This document shows, piece after piece, positions 8,907 through 22,600 of a stretch of DNA of 64,000 nt; position 1 is the stretch's first letter; the number at the start of each line of letters is the position of its first letter. Origin of the DNA: Torpedo marmorata. Its lineage: Eukaryota. A model generated the notes under the pieces. It made no database searches. It was not told the origin of the DNA and was given only the letters and a program-made list of their open reading frames with translations. Position numbers and translations under genes: made by a program. The stretch is taken from NCBI GenBank assembly GCA_977017645.1, contig OZ360236.1, positions 52,452,001 to 52,516,000 on the forward strand. The letters run 5' to 3'.

Positions 8907-11900
8907 AATCATGTGCAAATGAGCAGATTTGGAGGAATGCTGAGTTTAAAGAGGGCCAGTGGAGCTTTCCAGAGATACAGATTTACTTTGTCCCACCTTT
9001 GCTGACGTCTTTAGGCAATGAGGCCATTAACGGCAGCCTCTTTTTTTTTATGAGGTTCAATCCTGACTTCCAAACCCAAGTCTCATACTGTTCATCTTGG
9101 GCAAATATGAATAAGCATCAGAATTATATCTAAATTCAGAGTGAGAGCTGAGTCTGACATATTGCAAGTGTGGATATTAAGTCACATAAAAAAATTGACC
9201 ATAATGCAATAAATACACAAAAAGCAATTTCTTCAAATGTCCTTACAGAGTTTATTTAGCCTGATGTAGAAAGATCAGAAACAGTTCATTTTCATAAAGA
9301 ATAAAAAGAGCACTTTTTGTTCAGAGTTGTGCTTGGAAAAAATCTAAATATATATTTTTTAATCATATAAATAGTTCTCTTTTAATAAGTGCATCAGTTT
9401 GTTTTTTTTATACATATCCACTTTTTTCTGTATTATAGGTCATTATCATTATCATTGGAGAACCCAGTATGACACAAACAAGCCTTTTCATGGCTTGTGT
9501 TTTGGTGGATCAACACTACAAGTAGTTTCAACTTAAATTCAATACAAATAGTACAGGAACCGCTGTACTAAAACAAAATGCAATCTATTACAAAATGATA
9601 CATCAGTGAGATTCAGATAATGAGTAGATTTCAAACAACAAAAAATTGCATTATTTTAACGACAAAGAACTTTCATTTAATACAAGACTATAATCTTGGA
9701 CAATTCTATTCAATGCCAGGAAATAGTTTTTCAGGCTTTTTTTAAAATAACAATTGCCTGGTGGAAATGCAAAAGAAACTTCATTTATTTTTGGAGTCAG
9801 TGCATAAATATATGGCTGGCATTTTCTCTCAATTTTCAATGTTTCTTTGTTACTTAATAGTTTATATTTACTCACTTAATTCTTTCATTATACTGATTAA
9901 AAGATGCAATAAATAAGTATCAAATCAAAGCACGAGAAACCGTAATTTATTGTCTCTGCATTCTAAACATTTACATGATACTCTGCTGAGGCATATTAGG
10001 GGATTTTTATTTATCAATAATATTGACTGTATGCAATTAGGGAAGAGGTCTGTTAAACAGTAAGGTGACTTTGTCTTGGCCAGTTTTGTGGCAACTTGTG
10101 CCATATTAAGGAAACTGCCAAATCTTTCTGTGACATTTAAACGGTTTTGAAGCTGGAAGGCAAAACTGCGCTTGCAGGTAAATAATCTGTACCAAAAAAA
10201 GTGAACATCTTTCAAAAGAACAGCCAATACAACATGAAAACATTGACCCTAACAGTTACTTTGGGTTGAATATTTTACATGTATATACAGTGCATCATGT
10301 CTTCATAATAGAAATTGAAGTGCAGTTTCTTCTAACTTCTCTAATGTATTCTTAAACAATGCAACTTCCCTCCCACCACCCACACTCCCCCTCCCCCACC
10401 CTGCCCCACCCGATCAGCCCAAGTCTGAGCTTCAAGTAAATATACAACTGGAATTAAAAAAAATTGTAAGAATATTTATATACAACATGCAGCTGAGTTA
10501 TAAAATGTCTGAATAAGTATTAGCAGGCTATATTTAGACGAGTAAACTATAAAGGTACATGTAGTAACCAGAGGACTACCATTTTGATTTTTTTTACATA
10601 AACAGCACAGTTATGAAGACTTGTCAAATGTAACCATTTTATTGCCCCATTGTATCTGTGGAAAAAGCTTCTAGTATAATACAAGGTTCTGGTTGTCTTG
10701 AATTGATACTTAAGTATGAATTTTGTTTGATAATTATTATTTTTAATATATTCAGATAAAAATTTAGAGTGCTCTAATTCTCCTTCATTCTCAAAAGATG
10801 ACACCAGTATGAAATTCATTCATTAGGTAAACATGAAAATAAAACATCAGTCCATGGGTTTCTGCAGTCCTGTAATTTCCCCAAATTTATCTGCAAGTGC
10901 ATGCTTGTATTTCTACCACTGCATTGACAGACCCATGCCAGGTACAAAATGTGACTTAAAATTCAGCTTCTTGAATGTTAACACAAGCTGCTAATTATGC
11001 AAGGGTTCCAAAAAAAAAAAATCCACAATTAAAGGCTCTTTATAACTACTGATGGAAAATTGATGTGAATAATACTGACTTACTGTAGTCTTTGCACTGT
11101 GAATTAGGTCACTTAATTTTACATTTATAAAGATATACTATCTCCATACTCTCTGTTACTGTTTTTAGCAAGGAAATTGATTTAGAAGACCTAATAGATT
11201 ATTTTATAGTGGTTTCTTCTAATTTTGAATACTAAATTTGCAGTTTTGGTCACTATCCAGATATCAGTACAGAGTCCAGCATTTGCTGAAAGTTCCTTTT
11301 GTAACAAATTCTAATCGTCCTCACCTTGCCTGGTTCCAGCAATTTTAATTATCCTGAAACCAAACCCTATCTCTTATTTTCATCACATGAACATCTAACA
11401 ATTAGAATCAATATACAATTTAATCTTGGAACAAGGGTATAACATGTTTTCATAATCTATCCAATTTTAGGGGACTAGTATTCTTTCTATTATTTATATT
11501 TATATTCGTTTTTCTTTGTTTCAGTTGTGTTCTTGTGGCTGCCTGCGTTGGCAGCTGAAGGATTAGTTCTTTGGCCATATGTGACCTTGCAACGAGTGTC
11601 AAACATCCGGGACTTTTACATATGCAAATCTACTATTATTGGGAATCAGAACTGTTCAGCACTAGTTAATATAATGAGCTGCATATTTTTACTGGCTGCA
11701 ATTCTGATTCTAGTCCAGAAGTGAACTGCAGACTTCAGTACATTTTCACAAACAAAAATGAAATGGAATACACTCATTTGCACTCAGGGTTTGCACCACC
11801 TGAAATAATCATTCATTCCCAGGGCATTCTTGCACAATCCTGATAACATTAATAACAGTTCAAAGGTAATGGGTGAATATTATCATTTGTTAATAAGAAT

Positions 11901-14689
11901 AAAATCCAAACATGCCTCACTTTTTTCATGCAACAGTGGAGGTATCTGGCCAAATTATTACACTGGATGTGATTGGATGGATATTTTAGGAGTAGCAGTT
12001 ACTTAATTACTTTAGAATTGTCTGGCTGTTACTTTAATGTTTTAACACTAACTCAGTATGATGTTAGTCATTTATTGCTCTGTACTCTATTTAAACTCTT
12101 AGCCCGGAACCCCTTTCATTCTGTGAAAGAAAGGAATCTAAAGGAAAAGATCTAACACAACCTATTTAAATTCAATAGAATTTAAAGTCAACACATAGAC
12201 CTTCTCAAATTGCCAATGATTTGCACTGTCATTGAAAAGTCAGTAGAGTTGATTCTCATCAGTATCACCCCTTGCTTTAAAAGTTATTTATTCAAAGATG
12301 CAACACAGACTTGAATCTGTGATCTAACGTGTTTGCCACGAGCATTTTATCCTTTCAACAGATGTATCTTTTTACATCCATATGTGGACATAGAGATACA
12401 ATGTTTGCTGGCATGCATCAAATTTTATTTGTAAACTGACCTGCTGGCAATTAGAATGGGCATCAAAGCATAGACATAGAATAAGAACAGGCTAACTGGT
12501 TCTCTTTGTTACATGCTTCTAGCCATCGGCATAACTTTAAACAGAAGCTTGCTGTCAAATGCAATTTGATGACTCACAAGTTGAAGATTTTAATTTAACA
12601 ATAGCTTGGCATCTGAATTGAAAGAAAATTGCATATTTTGGTGAGGGCAAATACATTCAGCAATTACATTCAAAACACACATTTAAAATTGTCGTTTATC
12701 AGATTTAATTGAAATATCAGTCTGTGTTTTAAAACAAAATGATGGGTCGCTGTAATCAAAAGTGTTCCTAAAGTACAACATTAATAATTTTAATCTATTT
12801 TGGAAGCAAGCCAGGAAAAAAAAATCAAACTATTTCACTCAAGTTGGCACACAGCTTGGAGATTTGCAATACAAACAGAACATATGGAATCCAAGGTAAA
12901 AAGCTGTTCACTTAGTTGTTCCTGGGTTAATGGAGGAGTTATATTTCACTTTGGAAAATTGATTATTAAGGCCATAGTTTTAATTTCTTGTTTCTGAGTA
13001 CAAATGAGGTATTCAATTAAATGTGGCGCTCTTTTCTGGAAGGGTGGTGCTACACATAAAAGGAGGGAGTTAAACAGGAAAGTCTGCAGATGAAAAGGTG
13101 TGACCCAACTTTCATTTCAGTCTGGTTGCGACATTAAATCAAGTCAAACCGCGACTTCTTGGTCGAGTGCATCTTTCCCTCCTGCCATAAAAAAATTACT
13201 TGCTTTATGCTTTTCATGTCAAAACTGCATTTTAACTGTTGTTTTTGATACCCATAAGCGAATTCTATAAGCTGCCCTGTAGCTTTTGCAGTTATTGTTA
13301 CTTGCAAAGTGTAATGGATGATTGATTGATAGACGAGTGCTGACACATCAATGAAGCTATTTCGTCCAGCATCTCTATCAAATGATGCGCGGGGTATACT
13401 TTCTGCCCACGCCTCATTACCTCAGAATGACATTTCTGAAACTTCATTTTCTTTTTTTTCCCTTCTCCCCAAAGCATGATACTTTGTATTCTGAACCTGG
13501 CTGTGCGTGGCCTGAGAAAAGCAATTTTGCTATTATGTCCAACTAGAGTTTGACTGACGTAGTCCCTGGGAGGTGAATGACAGATTTTTTATGCTGGGTT
13601 TAAGAGGGCTACAGAATTTATTTTGTAATACAAAAGACTGAAAGGCTTTCCTGTCAGGCATCATTCAGTCACAACCCACCATGAGCTTCTCCTGTGCTCA
13701 TTTCTCTATTTCTAACCTCCTGAGTCTACTCCCCAGGTCTGAACAAGACACGGAACAATCAAATCCATCTGCTGTCTGCCTGCCTTGATCTTCACCAGTG
13801 GACAAGGTTTTCTTTGCCCCTAAGGACTTTCTCCATTCTGCATTATACAGGATAAGGAGATGATTTCCACACTATAAATATAATAATAACTGTGCCAGTA
13901 GTCAGTTGTATTAAAGCAAAATGAGATTTGTGGCTCCAGAATTTTCAGTGATGACTGATTTTATTGAATTGTTATTGAACGTGGTCACATAGCATCACAT
14001 AACCTTCAGACATAAAGAGGCATCTAGGCTCTGTGGAGATGCAATGAATTATCTTAAAATTATATACAATGCACAATTAAAATGGATGGATGGATGGAAG
14101 GAAACATGGCCAAGGAAGGAGGGGGCTGCATGATAACGGAATGCCAGCATGATTCAATCAGAGGCAAACTCGTGGCGTTAACTCTTTACAGGACAAATCT
14201 AGTCAGTCTTGGGGATCATAACGAGTAACTCTTAGTTCAGGTCATTAGATTGCTCTGGAGCACTGGTAGATAGAAGTAGCACAAAGAGCAATGTCCTTGT
14301 GAAAATGCAAGTTTGACCAAAATTAGTTTCAAGGGCAATCTAACAGCTGAAAAAAAATAAATTAAGATTTTATTTTTAGCGTTCATTTAAAGAAAAGACA
14401 ATTACAACTCCCTCTTTTGGTCTCTTTATTGGCACACACACTACCCTAATCCTTGTGGCAAACTATACTGGATTCTCTTCAATAAAATGGGACACAATAA
14501 GTGACCACAACGATACTCGCATGAAAGAAATTGGACTGGAGTGTTAAGTCTTTAGGTTTTCTATCTTCCATTTGCAAGGAGGCCTCATTCTAACTGCATT
14601 GCCCTGTTGTTATTAGGATCTTTTTATGGAAAGATTGATGGGGTTATATTTATTCCAGCTGACTACTATATCAGTGTATTCACGCATCA

Positions 14690-15315
14690 ATACAAGGATG
14701 CAGAGTTGTCCAGCAGATAGAGCTGCTGTTCCACAACTCCAGTGACCTTGGTTTGATCCTGATCTCTGCTACAGCCTGCGTGGAGTTTGCACTTTGTTCC
14801 TCTGACAAGGTTTGTTTTGTCCCACAACACAGACATGCTGGTTAGATGGTTAACTGGCTACTGAAAATTCCTGTTGTGTAGATGGGTGGTGGACAAGTCG
14901 GACGAGTGGTAATAGACATGTGAGAAAGAATAGGTTTAAAGGAAATAAATGGGGAAATGGGATTTCTCTGAGAGATGAGAGAAAAAGAGCAATAAGTGGC
15001 ACAAGTAGAGCTGCTGCCTACAGCTTCAGCATCCTGTGTTGTCCTGCTCTTGAGTGCTACCTAGATGGAGTTTGCACACTCTGTGACAGCGTGGATTTCC
15101 CAGGGGTGCTCTGATTTTGTCCTTCATTCCAAACACATGGATTGGTAGATTAATTTGCCACTGTACATTGTCCCAAGTGAGTAATAGAATCTGGGCTCAG
15201 TTAATGGGAATGTAGAGAAAATAAAATGGGATTAGTATAGGAGTAGTGTAACAAGGTAATTCACTGCTGGCACAGACTTGGGGCTGAAGAGCCTGATATG
15301 ACACTGTGTAACTCA
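14690..15315 (+). mobile_element. Two adjacent old tRNA-derived V-SINEs (about 14690-14965 and 14985-15315)
   Basis: Both have AGAGCTGCTG heads and the V-domain TGGAGTTTGCAC; diverged. Confidence 0.6.
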
Positions 15316-15399
15316 ATAATGATCTTTATTAGCAGGTCATGTTCTTTAAAGGACATTTGGAATTACACTCACCTCATATCTTTTCAAAAGATAATTTTC

Positions 15400-15570
15400 C
15401 ACCTATCTTACCCCAGACAGCTATGGAGGCAGAGACATTGCTGATAATCAAGGCTAAGATTAAAAGGCATTTCAACTACAAGGGAGTCAAGTGGTCTGGG
15501 AAAATATTGGATCAGCCATGAGTAATCTCAAGGGACTGATTAACCTGTTCCTGCTTGTCATTCCTATGTT
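15400..15570 (+). mobile_element. Old CR1 LINE 3' end
   Basis: CCCAGACAGCTATGGAGGC...AAGGCTAAGAT...GGATCAGCCATGA...CCTGTTCCTGCT matches the CR1 3' end at 34.9-35.1 kb. Confidence 0.55.
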
Positions 15571-18452
15571 AGGATTTAAAATGCTCAGAAATTTATCTCC
15601 AGTCAGTAGTGCAAAGTGTGTTATACGCCAGCAGCTGAAAACGTTACTCCACTTTTAAGATTCTGTTCCATTGAAGTCAAACATACAACTGTTTTTTAGA
15701 ATCACTGACGGAGATGAATTTCTGGGCAATTCACCATTTGACCAAAGTGAAGTAAGTACAGAATTTTGGGTGGTCATGCGAAAGAAAAAGAACTGCAATT
15801 GTTATGTGTTACATACCTGCAACAATTTAGCTTTACCCTAAATACATTTTTTTCCCCGATTCAAAGTGCCTAAGTTAAAGCAGTTGAAAATTAATGTCAT
15901 GTAATCAGGCAGCCTCAAAGAGAAACCTGCAACCAACCTCTCAGCACTACTCTCCACGTTTCTTTTTTCGGAGTAAGCCACCAATCAGTTAGTGAGAAGG
16001 CCAATAAGACAGAAACTCATCTTTTTCCTGGCTCCAACAGGCACCACATGGGGAGCAAGGAAAATTGGGAGGAGAATACAAAGTTTCACAGCTGGGGCTG
16101 TCTGTGGTGGGTGTTCCTGTAACTGCTTCTGACTTCACATCATATTATCAATTTTATGTGGCTTTTGTACAAAGTATCCAAATATAAAGCATGCAATAAG
16201 ATGTTTACAGATAACTTGTCAAGTGAATTAGTTGGAGGACATTTTTGTATGATTTGGGAATATCTAATTAAAAATGATGAATCATAATGGCTTTCCAAAC
16301 CTGCTAAAACATTACCAGGTAAGGGGTTCAAGTGATAAATGTAGGAATAGTGAGGCAGTGAGCAGCTGTTCTGCACTGATCAAGCACAGCAGATAGATAT
16401 TCCAGTCACATGCTTCCAGCTATTAGAGTGACTGGGGATTTTTATTGGCATCAAGTTCTTTTTATTAATGTGAGGAGCTGTTTTGCTTGTAGATCATTTA
16501 AAGGGATTAGGAACAGAGACCACCAGTGTAAAGAAGTGGTCATTATTTGGGTCTTTGCTCCGAGTACGAATGGGGTTTGAGCAGTTGTAATGCTGTAGGT
16601 TACATTCAATAACAAAACTTGCTTCAGCAGGAAATACCATCCAGATGATTATGAGGAGACTTTTTTTTCCCCTGCAGTACACATTCCCCCTTAAATATTC
16701 CAGGAGTTTTGTCTGCTAGATTAGAAAACCTCACCTTGACTAAAGAACTTTTGCAAAATAATATGAAAGCATGTGATTAGATTGATATTGAAAACTTCAT
16801 GTGAAGAAAAATAGAGAGCAGGCATAAAATGCTCTAAGATTGCACAAGGTTTAACATCAACATACATGGCTGTTCCAATCCCAGGAAAATGCAGGAGTAG
16901 ATTTTTCAGCTTGCAGCTCAGGATCTCTGGATTGACTCTCCACTGCAGAAATCACCCATTTCTATAAGAAGCAACCAATCTGCAAACAACTGAAGAACAA
17001 GCTGAAAATATACAGGGAGGATTTAGGGCCAGGACAACTGTAAGAAAATTGGTAAACATTTGTATATTTTCATGTGATATTTTTGCTAGTTGAAGGAAAC
17101 TTCAGCAAATCAGAAACTTACAATATATTTGTTGCTTGTTTGCTGAAAAATTAAGAGTGAGAGAGCTGACAAGAAGAGTTTCACTGTGCCATGCCTGCCT
17201 TGAAACTGAGATTATAAAATGTGTTGCAAGGAGGTCCTTTAAGCCTCAATAATTTTGTTTTGCAGAAAGAATTTAAGATTAAGGCAACCAAATGTGTTTT
17301 TAATTAAGTGACTAAAGTAGAGAAGCAATAGCCTGCGCACAAACTCTGCAATACTGATCTGCCCACTTTGGCCTGTGACTTAAATTCATCCTTGGACTCC
17401 ATCAGTGAAAATAAATGAGAAATTCACTGAGGGAACACAAAGATTTTTTTGACATTATTTGTACTGCATGTATATTATTAGGAACCATCTCCTTCAACTT
17501 GAGATCAAACCAAAATATGCAGCAGCACCAGATAAAACTGAAAATAGCTTAATTTGAAATGATCATTGATACACTAAAAATGGAATACATGTCTGTATGC
17601 ATCAAAGCAAGAGAAAGTCTCCTTTTCTTGACAGCACTCAAGCCAAGGGTGCCTACGTTTATGAAGTCCAACTTGTTTACAACAAACTACGGTAGATTGC
17701 TGATGTACATCCTCTCTCTTGTGATAATATTTTTTTCTCCTTCAGCTGTATGTTCATACTTGGTGTGATGTAGGATGGCAGAGAAGCTAATTTTTTTAAA
17801 CAAGAACAGCAGCAGACTGATCTTTCTGGTAGCGAAAATATCTGTGTTGTTCCGACCCACAAAGAAACTGATCCTGTGCTCTATTGCAGCAGATGATAAA
17901 AAGTGTACAAGTTTTTTTTTCTCTCTGGCTGGCTCTTGTTCACTGCTTCATCAGTCTTTTTCTTCTTAGTTAGACAGATTGATCCCTTGTGCTGTTAAGA
18001 ATGGTGTGGGGAAACCCAGGTGCAACATTGACAATTGTAATGGCTACAAACTGCTTCCTTCAGAAAGAGAGGGCTATGGGCCACCGCCGCAATTCAGCCA
18101 TAATTCAATGTCAGCATCAGCAGGAAAGACATTAGTGTCCAATGTGATTGTATCTTTACATTAAACTTGGGCTTAAAGTTTGAAAAATCGTACCTATTTT
18201 GCCATCAGGAGTAACCAACTGACGAAATAAACACATCAATGTTCCCAGCCATTATCCCCTAAAGAACACTTTGTAATGCGTGCTGCAGAGAAGCAGTGCA
18301 GAGAAGAGAGCCCAAGCACAGTTTATCAATGAAAATCTAATAACATCCATAAGAATCAAGCTGAAAAATCAATACTTCATTACCAAATTGTTAGTGAGAA
18401 TGAAGAGTAATTGCAGGAGCTGAGTGCTCTTTGTGGTCAGAGCACCTGGAGT

Positions 18453-18523
18453 TCAATGTCGCAGCTGAAGTGATGCAGGGGAGGGCCTGGACTGCAGATT
18501 GTGATCATAGTTTATCTTTTGTC
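18453..18523 (-). other. Candidate terminal exon start (acceptor plus short coding tail)
   Basis: Minus-strand acceptor CTTTTCCTTCTCCTCAG|GA; phase-1 reading gives (G)QKINYDHNLQSRPSPASLQLRH*; no homolog recognised. Confidence 0.25.
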
Positions 18524-18758
18524 CTGAGGAGAAGGAAAAGAATGACATTATTACCACGTTTCAACTTGCTTTATCCTTAACTCTCCAGACATAAGTAATT
18601 AAAAAATAAAGGTTCTTTCGTTACAGTCCAAAATAATTTTGACAAACTGTCCACAGATTCTGTGAAACAGGCAGTGTCGGGTGATTTTTCCCACTTTATG
18701 TTCATCACCCAGGAGTTTTATCTTGATCTGGATCTGAAGTTCATGAGACATCTCGAAG

Positions 18759-18977
18759 AAATACACAAGACTGCTGGGGAAAATGCAGGTCACGCAGCAT
18801 CCACAGGAAGTAAAAGGTAATAAACATTTTGGGCCGGAACCCTTTTCACATTCCTGATGAAGGGCTCAGGCCCGAAACAGCAACTGTCCCTTTTACTTCC
18901 TGTGCGTGACCTGCTGAGATTCTCCAGCACTTTTGTGTATTGCACTGGACCCCAGTGTCTGCAGACTTTCTTGTTCA
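18759..18977. mobile_element. Penelope-derived short foldback element with hammerhead core at 18854-18888
   Basis: Inverted arms AATACACAAGACTGCTGG...GCAGGTCACGCA / TGCGTGACCTGCTGAG..CCAGCACTTTTGTGTATT; CTGATGA-A-GGGC TCAG GCCC-GAAAC. Confidence 0.8.
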
Positions 18978-19465
18978 CCTCCAGGAATCTTGAAGCGACG
19001 CGAGCTGAGGCTAATGTGTCCTTGGTGACAATGACACGGTTTCAGGGTGGCCTGCTCCCAAAGGTCCAGGGATGTTCTCAGGCTGGACCCACCAAGTTTG
19101 GACTGAACTGGATGTACTAAGTCTTCCAAGTCCTCAAAATGTCCCCTTCAGTTTCTTATCGAATTGTTGGGAAGTGCTAAACTGCGATGGGACATAATAA
19201 CCCAACGCTCCAGACTGGTCCGTCTTCCAATAACAGCAGTCAAAATCTGGATCTTTGGTTACTTCATTCCATCCAGCACCTCTGGGATTTGAAAGCTAGT
19301 TGTAGCACTTCTATAATTTTTTTGCTTACTGCTACCTCAGCAGAGACTGGATTTCTGAATATTTACGCTCAGTATCACAGTACACACTGCTGTTGTGAAA
19401 TGACCTGCAGAGTATCTAGGGACTACAATGTATCTGCTCAAGGTAAGTGATTGAACAATGATATG

Positions 19466-19683
19466 AAGTAAGACCCCTGTTATCCGGAACTCAAGCATCC
19501 GGCAGCCTCAATCAACCGGCAAAAATAAATCGCGGAAAATAGGTAAAAAATACAGAAGTTTAAAACTGGCATGCCTTGCCGTTAGTTCACCAATAATGCA
19601 GCAAGCATTCTCAAGCAACCGGAAAATTCACTTATCCGGCATCTACCAATCCCCATAGGTGCCGGATACCAGGGGTTTTACTG
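19466..19683. mobile_element. Tigger/pogo-like MITE
   Basis: Imperfect TIRs AGTAAGACCCCTGTTATCCGG / CCGGATACCAGGGGTTTTACTG followed by TA. Confidence 0.7.
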
Positions 19684-22600
19684 TATAAAGATCTTGTGCG
19701 TCAAACAAAAACTTGGGGAAAGACAATGCACATCTATTGTTAACATTTTGAATACCTTGGCCACAGCCTGCATTGCTTTTATTTTGTGAATATGATTTGC
19801 TCATTTGTAAAGCTCAAATTGTTCAAAGAGTTTGAAAGAGCAAGCACAAACATAAAACTCCTTCGCACAGTCAACATTTCTCAAGCAAGTATATGACTAT
19901 GTACTCCCATATGGTATTTTTATCTCGAGCCTTTGCAATAATTGTCTATTTGGCCATAATTGTCATGTCATGATGGTATAATGCTAACATTTGTGCCAAT
20001 TCTCCCTCTATTTACAGTTTAAAATAAATAAGTCATTTTTGAAGAAGAGTGAACAGACAGCTTCTCACTGTGAAATACATTGTTTTTATTTCTGCTTATG
20101 AAGCAGAGATAATTTTTTTCCGACTGTTGCCCCTTAGTCAACGGAGGACGGGAAAATAAAAACTGTGTTTCATGGGATGGCAGCAAATAATCGCTGGTAA
20201 TTTTTGTGCAAAAATACAACTGCAATGCTCTGGCAGTTGGAGGGATATATTGCAGAGTGAAACCTGATAAACCAGTCTACTAGCTGTCTAACCTGCTTCA
20301 CCAACAAATCATTTTAATAGGAAAAGCATGCACTAAATCAAGAAAGAGGGAGAGAAAATAGAATAAATTCAGAAACATGGCAGCTGCATACCCTCTGGTT
20401 GTCCTAATTGGCAAACGCCTGCGATAACTATAAGTGCTCGCACTTGTAGCAAACAAGATTGGCCTTTTCCTCCAAACACATTCGCATGGAAGTTGAAGGG
20501 GGTCATTACATGGTTTCTGTTGAAATAATGCCTCCACTAAGTATTTCAGCCAGGCAATAATACGAGTCATAAAACTGAATTTTACTGACCTTATCAAGAA
20601 TTTCAATATTATTTCTTTCTTTCTTACTGTTTGCTACAATTTCTACATATTACATAATTTAATTTAAAATCATTTATTAACATAAGCTCAAAACAGTAAT
20701 AGTGGGCTTGATATTCAAAAGCACCACTCTTAAAGCACAAGACTCCATAAGAGTCAAATTAAAATATCCATACTAATTAAATTATAGTTCATAAATTGCA
20801 TATTAGTGCTGCAACTAGAGCTATCATTTATCTCCCTTTGCAGTTGTCAAAGAATAATTTTAGTTCTCTGTTACATTATCCAAACTGTTCTTATCCTTGT
20901 TATGCTCCTCCTTTGACAGCCACTAAGAGGCATCTGAGAGCCACTCATTTGAGCTGCTTCTGGTGTGAAATCTGGCATCTTTTCTCACAGAATGGTGGGA
21001 TCCAAACTGCAGATTCGCCTCTTTCACAGAACCCCATTCTCACTCAACTGATGCCCATGATCTGCTGATGTCACTTCATTTCTGCTTTGTTCAGCTGTTG
21101 CTTCTATTACAAAAAAGAGTGGCACCTGTCAGTGGGAGGGGGGCTGATGGCAGAATGAACCAGATAGGCTTAGCCTTAAAAAATATGTTTATGTCCACAA
21201 GAAGCAGGATTCTATTTAAAAGGAGCTCTACACCTGATAAAAAGGCCACTTCAAACCAGTTATGTAAGAAATTGACCAGATTTTAAAACTTGGCTTGCCA
21301 AAGGTTAGAATCATGTGGGAAAAGATTTCAACACATCACTGATGATACCTTCACCCTTTAAATATCCTGTAACTGTTAGCCATGCCCATTGCGACATTGG
21401 AGATGCACTTCTAACATTGTTGCAGGGGTCGTATATGCCAGAGTGTGCCTACTTCTATAGAAGCTGCTTAAATTGTGTACATTAATTAGAAAGGGTCAGG
21501 TTCTATAAAAGGTGGCAATCTATTCCCAAACATTACCCTCTAGGTTGCAAGGTTTAAAATCTGCCCATTGGTTCTGAGTTGCAAAACAACAGGCCCATCT
21601 TCGGTTTTCCTTGAAACATAGATTGTTTAACATAATTGTCCTTTAAAATATCAGGACCAAAATAAGATGAAATAATGTTTCAATCAATGTCTAGTCATAG
21701 GTAACTATCTCACTCAAGAAATGTTTCATAATTTCCAACATCAGGAATCCCACAATATTAATCTTAAAAACCTATTTTAGCCCTTTATCAGCTGATTTGT
21801 CAAAATCTCATTACATGTTCTTGATCGTCAACAAAAAGCAAGTGAGGTTATTAAAAGATTAATACTGACACTACTAATTTTACTTGTGAAGTGAATTATA
21901 CTTGGATTTTCACAGATTTTTGAGAAACAAAATACTGTTAGGATATTGAATAGATGGATGCTAAAAACATTTTTGATTTTCGATTAATTTCCTCTCCATC
22001 CTAGGTCTCTCTTTGGTCTCCATTGAAGACTATGGCCGCCTACTGTCACCAGAGGTGTTTCATGCAAATTTTTATCTTGCAACAATACCAAACTAGGAGC
22101 AGCCAGTCCTTATCAGGGAAATAGAGTCAAATGTAAAATCAAGTGCAAGTGAGATGGTAGGTTGACTTCTCTATGGTATTTCTGGCCTTCACCTCAAACC
22201 ATCTACAAGTCATGCGGGATTTTGATTCCGGAATCCAAAAAAAAACCAATTGTTGCTTTGATCTTTCTCCATCGCCAGACATGTTCCACTCTGACACAGG
22301 ACCTGACTAAAACTGTTAACCATACAGGAGGTGAGCGGAATAAGAAAGGTTTGCAATTGAATAATTCTTGCATTTTGTTTGAGAAGTGCAATGTGCATCC
22401 TCAACTACAAGGTACTTTTGATGCTGTCATCAAGGATGTTATGCTTGTCTATCTAAGTAGCATTCTCTGCTTAACGTCAGGAGGCTGGAGTGGGAATGAA
22501 GACCACTAGCAGGGTGAGTAGCTGCAGGGTTCCACTTGTCGTTTTGAAATTCATCTCAATGTAAGGAGAGAGGTTAAAATTATAACTGGAAGAAGTCCTC

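Noticed and set aside
18600-19450. Possible coding exon or pseudogene around the foldback insertion
   Set aside because: The frames examined have stops or no recognisable protein motif; the plus-strand donor at ~19443 has no convincing partner.
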